From: the human T2T-CHM13v2.0 reference genome, Homo sapiens
Length of the DNA: 64,000 nucleotides
Assembly (NCBI RefSeq): GCF_009914755.1
Contig: NC_060930.1
Reading direction: 5' to 3' (one strand)
Shown: positions 12,331-23,329 of the stretch, in pieces
Position numbering within the stretch: position 1 is the stretch's first letter
Layout of the letters: every line of letters starts with the position of its first letter
Position numbers and translations under genes: made by a program
The notes under the pieces: generated by a model
The model's input: only the letters and a program-made list of their open reading frames with translations
The model's database searches: none
What the model was told of the DNA's origin: nothing

Positions 12331-14220
12331 GTCTACATGAATATGGGGAACAAGTTACCCATTTGTTGTCCCCTACTTGAGGAGGGAATCAATCCTGAAG
12401 TCTGGGCATTGGAAGGACAATTTGGAAGGGCAAAAAATGCCTGCCCAGTCCAAATCAGGTTAAAAGATCCCACCACTTTTCCTTATCAAAGGCAATATCC
12501 TTTAAGGCCTGAAGCTCATAAAGGATTACAGAATATTGTTAAACATTTGAAAGCTCAAGGCTTAGTAAGGAAATGCAGCAGTCCCTGCAACACCCCAATT
12601 CTAGGAGTACAAAAACCAAACGGTCATTGGAGAGTAGTGCAAGATCTTAGACTCATTAATGAGGCAGTAATTCCTCTATATCCAGTTGTACCCAACCCCT
12701 ATATCCTGCTCTCTCAAATACCAGAGGAAGCAGAATGGTTCATAGTTCTGGACCTCAAGGATGCCTTCTTCTATATTCCCCTGCACTCTGAGTCCCAGTT
12801 CCTCTTTGCTTTTGAGGATCCCACAGACCACATGTCCCAACTTACGTGGATGGTCTTGCCCCAAGGGTTTAGGGATAGCCCTCATCTGTTTGGTCAGGCA
12901 CTGGCCCAAGATCTAGGCCACTTCTCAATTCCAGGCACTCTGGTCCTTCAATATGTGGATGATTTACTTCTGGCTACCAGTTCAGAAGCCTCGTGCCAGC
13001 AGGCTACTCTAGATCTTTTGAACTTTCTAGCTAATCAAGGGTACAAGGTGTCTAGGTCAAAGGCCCAGCTTTGCCTACAGCATGTCAAATATCTAGGCCT
13101 AATCTTAGCCAGAGGGACCAGGGCCCTCAGCAAGGAACGAATACAGCCTATACTGGCTTATCCTCACCCTAAGACATTAAAACAGTTGAGGGGGTTCCTT
13201 GGAATTACTGGCTTTTGTGGACTATGGATCCCCAGATACAGCGAGATAGCCAGGCCCCTCTATACACTAATCAAGGAAACACAGAGGGCAAATACTCATC
13301 TAGTAGAATGGGAACCAGAGGCAGAAACAGCCTTCAAAACCTTAAGGCAGGCCCTAGTACAAGCTCCAGGTTTAAGCCTTCCCACAGGACACAACTTCTC
13401 TTTATATGTCACAGAGAGAGCCGGGATAGCTCTTTGAGTCCTTACTCAGACTTGTGGGACAACCCCACAGCCAGTGGCATACCTAAGTAAGGAAATTGAT
13501 GTAGTAGCAAAAGGCTGGCCTCACTGTTTAAGGGTAGTTGCAGCAGTGGCCATCTTAGTGTCAGAGGCTATTAAAATAATACAAGGAAAAGATCTCACTG
13601 TCTGGACTACTTATGATGTAAATGGCATACTAGGTGCCAAAGGAAGTTTATGGCTATCGGACAACCGCCTACTTAGATACCAGGTACTCCTCCTTGAGGG
13701 ACCGGTGTTTCAAAAATGCACGTGTGTGGCCCTCAACCCTGACACTTTTCTCCCAGAGGATGGGGAACCAATCGAGCATGACTGCCAACAAATTATAGTC
13801 CAGACTTATGCTGCCCAAGATGATCTCTTAGAAGTCCCCTTAACTAATCTTGACTTTAACCTATATACTGATGGAAGTTCATTTGTGGAGAATGGGATAC
13901 GAAGGGCAGGTTATGCCATAGTTAGTGATGTCACCATACTTGAAAGTAAGCCTCTTCCCCCAGGGACCAGTGCCCAGTTAGCAGAACTAGTGGCACTTAC
14001 CCGAGCCTTAGAACTGGGAAAGGGAAAAAGAATAAATGTGTATACAGATAGCAAGTATGCTTATCTAATCCTACATGCCCATGCTGCAATATGGAAAGAG
14101 AGGGAGTTCCTAACCTCTGGGGGAGCCCCCATTAAATACCACAAGGAAATTATAGAGTTATTGCACACAATGCAAAAACACAAGGAGGTGGCACTCTTAC
14201 ACTGCCAAAGCAATCAAAAT
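12244..14220 (+). pseudogene. pol: ERV9 pol: reverse transcriptase, tether and RNase H; integrase absent
   Basis: ORF 12244-13437 has LDLKDAFF, LPQG and YVDD (12952-12963); TGA at 13435-13437; the same frame continues with RNase H motifs YTDGSS, SAQLAEL, YTDSKY. Confidence 0.95.
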
Positions 14221-14490
14221 GGGAAGAAGAGGGGAGAACAGCAGCATAAGCAGCTGGCAGAGGTAGGGAAAGACCAGCAAGAAGGAAAGAGGGAAAGACA
14301 AAGAGAAAGAGACAGAGAGAGGAAGAGACAGAGAGACAGAAAGTCAAAGAGGGAGTCAGAAACAGAGACAAAGAAAAGGAGTCAGAAGGAGGGACAGACA
14401 CAGAAAGTCAAAAAGAGAGTTAAAAAGAGAGGAAGAGACAAAGAAGAAGTCGAAGGGAGAAGGAGAGAGATGGAAGTAGTAAAGAAAAAA
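14221..14490 (+). repeat. Purine-rich (AG) low-complexity tract at the position of integrase
   Basis: Nearly T-free 'gagaaagagacagagagaggaagagacagagagacag...'. Confidence 0.85.
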
Positions 14491-14492
14491 CA

Positions 14493-15023
14493 GTGTACCC
14501 TACTCCTTTAAAAGCCAGGGTAAATTTCTGTCTACCCAGCCAAGGCATATTTTTCTTAAGTGGAATGTCGACCCATATCTGCCTCTCAGACAGTTTGCAA
14601 GAAATAACGAAATCTATTCTTACTTTACAATCCCAAATAGACTCTTTGGCAGCAGTAACTCTCCAAAACTGCCGAGGACTAGACCTCCTCACTGCTGAGA
14701 AAGAAGGACTCTGCACCTTCTTAGGGAAAGAGTGTTGTTTTTACACTAACCAGTCGGGGATAGTACGAGATGCCGCCCGGCGTTTACAGGAAAAGCCTTC
14801 TGAAATCAGATGCCTTTCAAATTCTTATACCAACCTCTGGAGTTGGGCAACATGGCTTCTCCCTTTTCTAGGTCCCGTGTCAGCCATCTTGTTATTACTT
14901 GCCTTTGGACCCTGTATTTTTAACCTGCTTGTCAAATTTGTTTCCTCTAGAATTGAGGCCATCAAGCTACAGATGGTCTTACAAATGGAACCCCAAATCA
15001 GTTCAACTAACAACTTCTACTGA
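14493..15023 (+). pseudogene. env: ERV9 env remnant: short SU C-terminal piece fused to TM
   Basis: ISD LQNCRGLDLLTAEKEGL (14661-14711), CX6CC motif CTFLGKECC (14712-14738), TM helix WLLPFLGPVSAILLLLAFGPCIFNLLV. Confidence 0.92.
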
Positions 15024-15179
15024 GGACCCCTGGACCAACGCGCTGGCACTTTCCCTGGCCTAGAGACCTCCCCTCTGGAGGACACTACAACTGCAGGGCC
15101 CCTTCATCGTCCCTATCCAGCAGGAAGTAGCTAGAGCGGTCATCGGCCAAATTCCCAACAGCAGTTGGGGTGTCCTGTT

Positions 15180-15191
15180 TAGAGGGGGGAT
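15180..15191 (+). other. Polypurine tract
   Basis: agagggggga directly before the 3' LTR. Confidence 0.85.
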
Positions 15192-16531
15192 TGAGAGGTG
15201 ACGGCGTGTGCCCTCACTTGCTCTTGGCACCTCCTCTGCCTGGGCTCCCACTTTGGCAGCACATGGGGAGCTTCAGCCCGCTGATGCACTGTGGGAGCCC
15301 CTTTCTGGTCTGGCCAAGGCCGGAGCTGGCTCCCTCAGCTTGCGGGGAGGTGTGGAGGGAGAAGTGTGGGCGGGAACCGGGGCTGCACATGCTGTTTGCA
15401 GGCCAGCATGAGTTCTGGGTGGGCATGGGCTTGGCCAGCTCCGCACTCAGAGGGGCTGGCCGGCACCACCGGCCCTGGGCAGTGAGGGGCTTAGCACCTG
15501 GGCCAGCAGCTGCTGTGCTCAATTTCTCGCCAGGCCTTAGCTGCCTTCCCATGGGGCAGGACTGCGGACATGCAGCCTGCCATGCCTGAGCCACACCCCC
15601 AACCCCCACCCTCCATGGGCTCCTGTGCGGCCCAAGCCTCCCTGATCAGGATCGCCCCCTGCTTCATGGCACGCAGTCCCATCGACCACCCAAGGGCTGA
15701 GGAGTGCAGGCGCAGGGCGCAGGACTGGCAGGCAGCTCCACCTGCGGCCCGGTGCAAGATCCACTGGGTGAAGCCAGCGGGGCTCCTGAGTCTGGTGGGG
15801 ACTTGCAGAACCTTTATGTCTAGCTAAGGGATTGTAAATGCACCAATCAGCACCCTGTGTCTAGCTCAGGGTTTGTGAATGCTCCAATTGACACTCTGTT
15901 ATCTAGCTACTCTGGTGGGGACTTGGAGAACTTTTGTGTGGTGACACGTGTGTCTAGCTAATCTGGTGGGGACGTGGAGAACATCTGTGTCTAGCTCAGG
16001 GATTGTAAACGCACCAATCAGCACCCTGTCAAAACAGACCACTCGGCTCTACCAATCAGCAGGATGTGGGTGGGGCCAGATAAGGGAATAAAAGCAGGCT
16101 GCCTGAGCCAGCAGTGGCAACCTGCTCTGGTCCCCTTCCACACTGTGGAAGCTTTGTTCTTTTACTCTTTGCAATGAATCTTGCTGCTGCTCTCTCTTTG
16201 GGTCCACACTGCCTTTATGAGCTTTAACACTCACCACGAAGGTCTGCAGCTTCACCCCTGAAGCCAGCGAGACCACGAACTCACCGGGAGGAATGAACAA
16301 CTCCAGACGTGCCACCTTAAGAGCTGTAACACTCACTGCAAAGGTCCGCAGCTTCACTCCTGAGGCGGCGAGACCACGAACCCACCAGAAGGAAGAAACT
16401 CTGAACACATCCGAACATCAGAAGGAATAAACTCCCGACGCACCACCTTAAGAGCTGTAACACTCACCGCGAGGGTCCACGGCTTCATTCTTGAAGTCAG
16501 TGAGACCAAGAACCCACCAATTCCGGACACA
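15192..16531 (+). mobile_element. 3' LTR (LTR12 family)
   Basis: tgagaggtgac...ccggacaca followed by TSD gtat; TATA-like aataaa at 16087-16092. Confidence 0.96.
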
Positions 16532-16609
16532 GTATCTTACATGGTTTTGATTTGCTTTTCCCTAATGACAAATGATTTTGAGCACTTCTTTGTGTGCTTA
16601 TTGGCCATT

Positions 16610-17340
16610 AAAGGGAAAAACTTTTTCTATATTTACAACATTTCTGACACCAAATGTGTGGGTTTTCTATACCACGTGTCTGTGGACACAAACTGAGCGT
16701 CCTACAATTTAACTCAGTTCTGACACTATCTGGAGTTAGCACAGACCCTACGGGTTAAGGGCTCAGGCCCACAAGACTAATCCTTGCTTCAGATGTCAAT
16801 CTGAAGTAAGTAGTGGGTCTCTAGATTACCTATACATTTGTCTGGCTTGGCTACAAATTGGGGGTACACACAGCCCACCCTTGATTTTAATAATTTGCTA
16901 TTCAGCTCACTGAACTCAGGAAAACACTTTTCTTACTAATACTGGATTATAAAGGATACTACTCAAGAATAGCCAAATAGAAGAGAGGCATGAGGCTATA
17001 CAGAACTTTCATGTCCTTTCTAGCCATGCCACCCTTCTAGCATCTCAATTTGTTCACAAATCCAGACATTCTCTGAACTGCATTGTTTTAACATTTTTAT
17101 GGAGGTTCCATTGCATAATTGAGTAAATCATTGGCCAGTGGTGATTAACTCACTCCCCAGCCACTCTCTCCTCTCTTGAGGAGACTTCAAGAGTCTTAGA
17201 AGCTCTTTTGTCAGGAAGAGGGGCTAAGACCAAACATTGTAACAGAAGATGCTCCTATCACTCAGGAGGTTACAAGAATTTTAGAAGCTCTGCCAGGAGC
17301 TAGAGACAGAAACCACATTTAGATTTCTTATTATGTAACA
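16610..17340 (-). mobile_element. MER21-like LTR
   Basis: 'ttctgacactatctggagttagcacagaccctacgggttaagggctcaggcccacaagact'; interrupts the same L1M. Confidence 0.7.
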
Positions 17341-18027
17341 GCTGTCTATATGTCTACTCTGAAGAAATGTCTAGTCAAGTTTTTGCTCATTTTTCATTAC
17401 ATTATTTGTCTTGTTGTTGTTTCTACTTCTCATACAGTGAGTCAAAACACTTCTCATATAATTTTTCACCTACTCATCGTAAGTCTACTTCCGTTAGAGA
17501 AAAAAGGCTCCTTTTACTCTAATAGGCACATAGCTATTAAATGTGGTTTTCTGGTAAATTCTGAAAAGACTTTTTCAAGAGATAAAGATGAAAGTGAAAC
17601 ATATCAAAGTTTTATTCCCTAAAATATTTTAAGTTAATTCAAGAAATAATTTTCATCTCTGAACCTGAAAAAGAGTACTAATAAATAAATTTCTAAGCAC
17701 GCAATAGTAACTATAATAATAAGGTTAATTACTGTCTAAAATAGGTCAGAAGTCCTGCTGCAAATATTTTTAAATAAATTATGTAAACTTGGACATAACA
17801 CCTTCATTAATTGTCAAAATTTTTTATCTATTTAAATTTACATTTAAAATATTTAACAGGTTAATTATATTCAGATCAGATAGGTTGCTACAAAAACAAA
17901 TTTAAAATTATTAGAAAAATTAGAATTATTGTTTTCTAGAACTTCCCCATTCAAACTAGTTATGTTGATAATGTTGTGTATACATACATTCAATTGTTGC
18001 AAAGTAATTCTGACACAAATGAGATTA

Positions 18028-18062
<35 letters not shown>

Positions 18063-18479
18063 AAATTGGGAGTGGACTTACATTGTTAAAATATACATAT
18101 AATCTAAAGAATTTGGCCTTAACAAATATTCAGGTGTGGAGTAGCTGAGTAGTATCTTGAACATTTTTACAGTATAGTCTAATTTGTCAGGAGCACTGAT
18201 TTAATTAACATAAATTCAACAAAACAAAGGGAAGTAAAAATGGATCTAGATTCCTAATAGATTGTTATTGGTCATGCCTGTATTGGGTAATGGTCTGCAA
18301 TAGCAGGGCAGTCAAATTAAATGGTAGGCCAAATCCAGGGTCCAGTAAGTGTTAGATTAAAATTAAAACAAACAAACAAAAATAAAGTTGAAGACAGAAT
18401 GATTGAGGGGAGCAATAAAAAGTGATAATACATGGTACTTGTTAATACCACCACTACTAGTACTACCACCACAACTAGC

Positions 18480-18705
18480 TTACAATTGAATAATACTTGC
18501 CAAATGCCAGAGACCAAGTACTTTTATATATGTACTACATATATTAGCTCATAACCTCCAGATGTAGGCAATGTTATCTTACGGTATTTATTTTACAGAT
18601 AAGGTAATCAAAACACAGGAATGCAAGTGACTTGCACACACTCTCAAGGAGCAGAGCCAGATGGGGCCCCAAGCAGCCTGGCCCTGAGTCTGCACACTTA
18701 ACTCT
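18480..18705 (-). mobile_element. MIR SINE
   Basis: 'attttacagataaggtaatcaaaacacag...aagtgacttgc...ggagcagagccagat'. Confidence 0.65.
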
Positions 18706-18709
18706 TATC

Positions 18710-18889
18710 CCAGTAGTTCCCAACGCCATCTCCACATTGGAATATCCTGGAGAGACTCAAAAAATAACAGTTCTCAGGTCATAACCAAGAGCAATTAACT
18801 CCCAGTCTGTGGGAGTAGGACACAGATGCCAAGGGTTCTTGAAGCTTCCGAGGTGATTCCCATGTGCGACCAAGTTTGGGAATCTCTGT
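18710..18889 (+). mobile_element. MER5A-like DNA transposon
   Basis: Termini 'cagtagttcccaac' and 'gtttgggaatctctg'; internal 'gaggtgattcccatgtgc'. Confidence 0.7.
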
Positions 18890-19199
18890 ACTATGCTATG
18901 CTGTCTTAAAGTTGTAGAGGTCAAAGGAAGCAGAGTTATTAGGCCAGGAAATAATCCATCTATGGCATTAAGAGGAATAATGGACAATCAAGCATACAGT
19001 GAATAATGACAAGCAACACGAGGCATTCTCTTACAACTAAAGGAAAAAAAAAGAGTCTAAGCTGCAGCAAGATGAAATTATATATTTCTATTTTTAATAT
19101 CTTACCAAAGCAACATGTGGTAATGAGAATTTTAAGGAATAAGGCATCTGCTTTCTGTTTGGAATTAAAAGGGATATTATGTTTATAAACAGAGAATAG

Positions 19200-19372
19200 C
19201 TAGACGTCAATGTCTGGAGATTGTCACAGCTGAAGGGTGGGGTGGAGGCTACTGACATGTAGCATAGAGAAGCCAGGGATACTGCTGAACACGTGGCAGT
19301 ACACATGACAGGCCCCACAGCAAAGACTTATCTGGTCCTTAGTGTCAATAGTGTCCAGTGTGATAAACTCTT
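19200..19372 (+). mobile_element. MER20 fragment
   Basis: 'gctactgacatgtagcatagagaagccagggatactgctgaacac...gacaggccccacagcaaagacttatctgg'. Confidence 0.75.
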
Positions 19373-20369
19373 TAATAATGACTATTTTAATTACAGAGAC
19401 AGTAAAGAGATTAAGTGAATTCAATTTTTCTTCATCTAGGATTATGGTTAATTTGTGTTTACTCAACAAGCATGACAGATTTATATGACAGTATTAGAAT
19501 AATTACAACAACCATTGAATTCCTAGAAACTATACTTTCATGCTAGAAAATTCTTTAGATGTGATGGTAAATGCAGTTATAGCCTTAAAAATCTATGACT
19601 CATAGGGAGGAGAAAGAAACTAGGTAGGGCAGGGCTAGATATGGAATGACATCTCAAACATGTCCAGACCACTGAATGAGGAAATCAGAGCCAGGTCTTG
19701 CAAATACTCCGATGTTGGTTCTTTGAAGCCTAGGTTATGTTTAGTTTCACCTGCCTATGAAGAAGTAATACACTTTCTATGAAACCAGAGTAAAGAATCA
19801 TGTAAGATGCAACTACATCCCTGAAAATGTGCAGGGGAAATTTGACACTTTACTCAAAGTAATGACAGTAAGAGGACAACCTTCAAAGTGATGCATCTTA
19901 TTTTTTCTTATTGCATAATAATTGTATTTTCATGTCATCCTAAATGCTTTTTTCTTTTAAAACATTTTTCACTGCAGTGCTTTAAAAATTTTTAATTTTT
20001 ATCTCTTTAAATTCTATTACTTTTAACCTTATATAAGAAAGTGATTATTAGAAAATCTGATTATAAGTTCTCAGAGATTCACTCTAGCATATCTTATTAA
20101 AATTGGATTCTGGGCTTAGCTCTGAAGTTTTGGTTTGGAAAGCTGTACTTCTGATCTTCTTGAAGGCATTAGTTTGTGTTAGTACTAAAGAGTAGTGCTG
20201 TATGACTGAAAAGATTTTGAACTAGAATTCTGATTTACACTTGTTCTTTCTGTAATAACCAAAGAAGTAATCTTCTAAGAGATCTTATACAGCAAATTTT
20301 GTTGTATAATACAGTAATGTACAGTGACAACTTAGATCTAGCTGGAGAAGTATTTGTTGCTTCTCTGCC

Positions 20370-20930
20370 ATTCCAGACTAGGAAACAGCAAATGCAAAAG
20401 CATGTAAAGATGATAGAACTTAAAGTATAATAGAAAAAAAAAGATGATAGGACTGTTAAGGGTGATGGAGTTTGGGTGCAGAATGGGGAGTGAGTAGTGA
20501 GAGCTAATGCAGGAGCTACGTCTCAGATCATGGATGGCCTTAATAATCATACAAATAATTTTGGGTATAGAATATTGAAAACTTAATTTGGAAAAGTAAA
20601 ATAATGAGATTTGTAATGTAATGACATTGTTCCAGACATTAGTGACATTAATCTGGAATACTATAGAAGAGTTATTATTCTGGAATAATGTGGAACAATT
20701 TTAATCTTAATCTTATGGAAGATGGATTAGAGAGGGTTAGTGTTTAAGTAAGGAGACCATTGAGGAGCTACAGACATCACGCAGGTGAACAATGAGGGCA
20801 TAAACTAAGGCTGTCACAGTGGGGATAAAGAGAAAAGGATAGTTTGAGTTACTGAGACATTTAAGGAGTAACAAAAACTTGGGCCTGGATTGGCTGTAAA
20901 GTGTATGATAAAGAAGGAGGCTAAGTAAGA
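20370..20930 (+). mobile_element. L2 fragment
   Basis: 'tggaagatggattagagagg...aggagaccattgaggagcta...aactaaggctg'; degenerate. Confidence 0.5.
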
Positions 20931-20949
20931 CTCATACTTACTGATTTAG

Positions 20950-21130
20950 GACACTGCTAAATACTTTGCCTATATCTTCTCTTTCAATCTATGATGTAAT
21001 AAATGTTATCTACCTTCTACAGATGAGGACACTTGGCTTAAGTAACTTGCTCTAGACCACACGGAGGATAGTGGCAATGCTAGGATTTGAACTCGGGACC
21101 ATCTAATTCCAATGCACATGATTTCAACTA
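20950..21130 (-). mobile_element. MIR SINE
   Basis: 'tacagatgaggacact..ttaagtaacttgc...ggatttgaactc'. Confidence 0.7.
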
Positions 21131-22294
21131 TTCTTAGTAACTAGGATGAGTATTACAAGAGGAAGAGAATATTTGGAGTGTGAGATAAAATAATGCATTA
21201 TGTTTTGGAAATGTGGAGCCTCAGATGGCCATGGAACACAAAACTAGATCATATAATAGGCAACTAAGTGGAATTTAAAAATGTGGTTATATACTACCCT
21301 GTCACTTTACATTACAGCTTATTGTATTTTATAATGATTACAGTGGCAAATATTTTTATATTTTTCCCAAATCTAAAAAGACTAGTGATAATGGAAGATT
21401 GTTCCAGAACATATTGGGAAGTAGACTGTGGAAAACGGTCCTATTAACTTTTTCATTAGTCATTTTTAACCACATTATACATTAACACTTCAGTACACTT
21501 CACAAAATAGCAATCTGGGCTTTGTATTCAACCACATTTAGTACAAAAGTGGAAACTAAATTAAATACAATCTAGAAAACAAATAGTGCAACAAATTTCA
21601 TGAATATTAATAGAAAACCAGACAAATGTATTTGAGTTTGCATCACAAAATGTGCAATTCATTCTTTTATGGAATTGCTATTTTCAAACAAAATAGATTG
21701 CTATAGTCACTTAAAAATGTAAAATGTGAAACATCCATGGAAAAAAGATAGGCAAAGATTATGAGAAATATGATAGATTTCCCAATGAGGGAATGAGGTT
21801 TTGAATAAACTACTCCCCTTGGCAGCATCTTAACAAGATCATATTCAATGAATATGAATCATTAGTAAACTATGAAACAATGAATAAACACACACATGCA
21901 GATGAGATGCTAGGTTGCTACGGATTTACTAGCTATTCCATCTGTCATTATTTCTGATTTTTCACCTCCTCCTAAAATCATTAATAGGGTACAGAGTCAC
22001 TGTGAATTTTATGCCTGCCTCAAAACACAGAAGGGTTTAATTTATTGAATGATATTTTATTAGTTCAGATGAGTTGAAATGTGGCATTTCATTTTCTAAA
22101 ACTGTGGAAACATCAATCATATAGATACTTAAATTGTAATTTAGGCACTGGGTAAAGTTTCAATTTATCTGAATAAAATTGAATAAACATCCAAAATGAA
22201 CTAAAACATATTTTAGATCAAATTGACTTTTTCTGATTAGTGGTCATTTAAAATCTCCTTATGCAAAATTAATCAGGTGCAATTTCTTTTATAA

Positions 22295-22665
22295 AAATAA
22301 AGAATAGAATGGTGGTTACCAGAGGCTGGGGTGGTTGAGGCTGGGGGTTAAGTGGGGATGTGGATTGGGGGATGTGGATAGGGCAGATGTTGGTTAAAAG
22401 ATACAAATTTACACTTAGATAGGTTGAATCTGTTCAGGAGGTCTATTTCACAGCATGGTGACTACAGTTAGTAACGATATATCATTTTCTTGAAAAATGC
22501 TAAGGAATGCCTACTAAATATTCTTACCATGAAAATGATAACTGTGAGGTAATATATATGTTAATTAGCTATATTTTAACCATCCCATAATGTATGTGTA
22601 CTTCAAGACATCATGTTGTACATGATAAATATATATGATTTTACCTGTCTTAAAATAAACAATAC
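22295..22665 (+). mobile_element. L1 (L1MA-like) 3' end
   Basis: 'agaatagaatggtggttaccagaggctggg...cagcatggtgactacagtta...catcatgttgtacatgataaatatata'. Confidence 0.85.
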
Positions 22666-22977
22666 ATTAAAATAAAAGTCTTATCTTCTAGAGCTGAGGT
22701 TTTGTCACTTTTAATATCCACATTCCTAATTGACTATCAAAATCCAGTACTTCATTGTGCAATATTAGGATATACTTTATATATCCTAATAGTTTATAAA
22801 ATTATATAAAATGTTTTATAAAATTAAGTAAAAAATATTGTGTGCATAAAAATATCATGGGCAATTTCTTTTTTCCTCCATTTTTTTAATGATATGAGAC
22901 TAATTCTTATTCTGAAGATGTCTTCACAAAGTAGAACATTTTTAAGTGGTTTATTTACTTTATTCTACCTAATTTTC

Positions 22978-23329
22978 TTTTTACTTTTGTTTTCTTTTTC
23001 TTTCTTTCTTTTTTTTTTTCTTGAGACGGAGTCTCGCTCTGTAGCCCGGGCTGGAGTGCAGTCGCGCGATCTTGGCTCACTGCAACCTCCGCCTCCTAGG
23101 TTCAAGAGATTCTTCAGCCTCACTCTCCTGAGTAGCTAGAACCACAGGTCCCTACAACCGTGTATGGCTAATTTTTGTATTTTTATTGGAGACAGGGTTT
23201 CGCCACATTGGCCAGGCTGGTCTCAAACTCCTGACCTCAGATGATCTGCCCGCCTTGGGCTCTCAAAGTGCTGGGATTACAGGTGTGAGTCTGTTCTATT
23301 CTACCTAATTTTCAAATACCTGACTGGCC
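22978..23329 (-). mobile_element. AluS, antisense, with rearranged 5' end
   Basis: Alu body; 17-bp TSD tattctacctaattttc at 22961-22977 and 23330-23346. Confidence 0.9.

Larger units (their letters stand above)
7809..16531 (+). mobile_element. ERV9/HERV9 endogenous retrovirus provirus with two LTR12 LTRs, defective
   Basis: Two ~1.34-kb direct LTRs, GTAT TSD (7805-7808 and 16532-16535), PBS, gag/pro/pol/env remnants, PPT. Confidence 0.97.

Noticed and set aside
14221-14511. R/K/E-rich protein tail suggesting a novel nucleic-acid-binding domain
   Set aside because: The frame is open simply because the purine tract has almost no T, so stops cannot form; no evidence of selection.
22324-22385. 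G-run cluster with G-quadruplex potential
   Set aside because: It is the ordinary G-rich tract of an L1 3' UTR.
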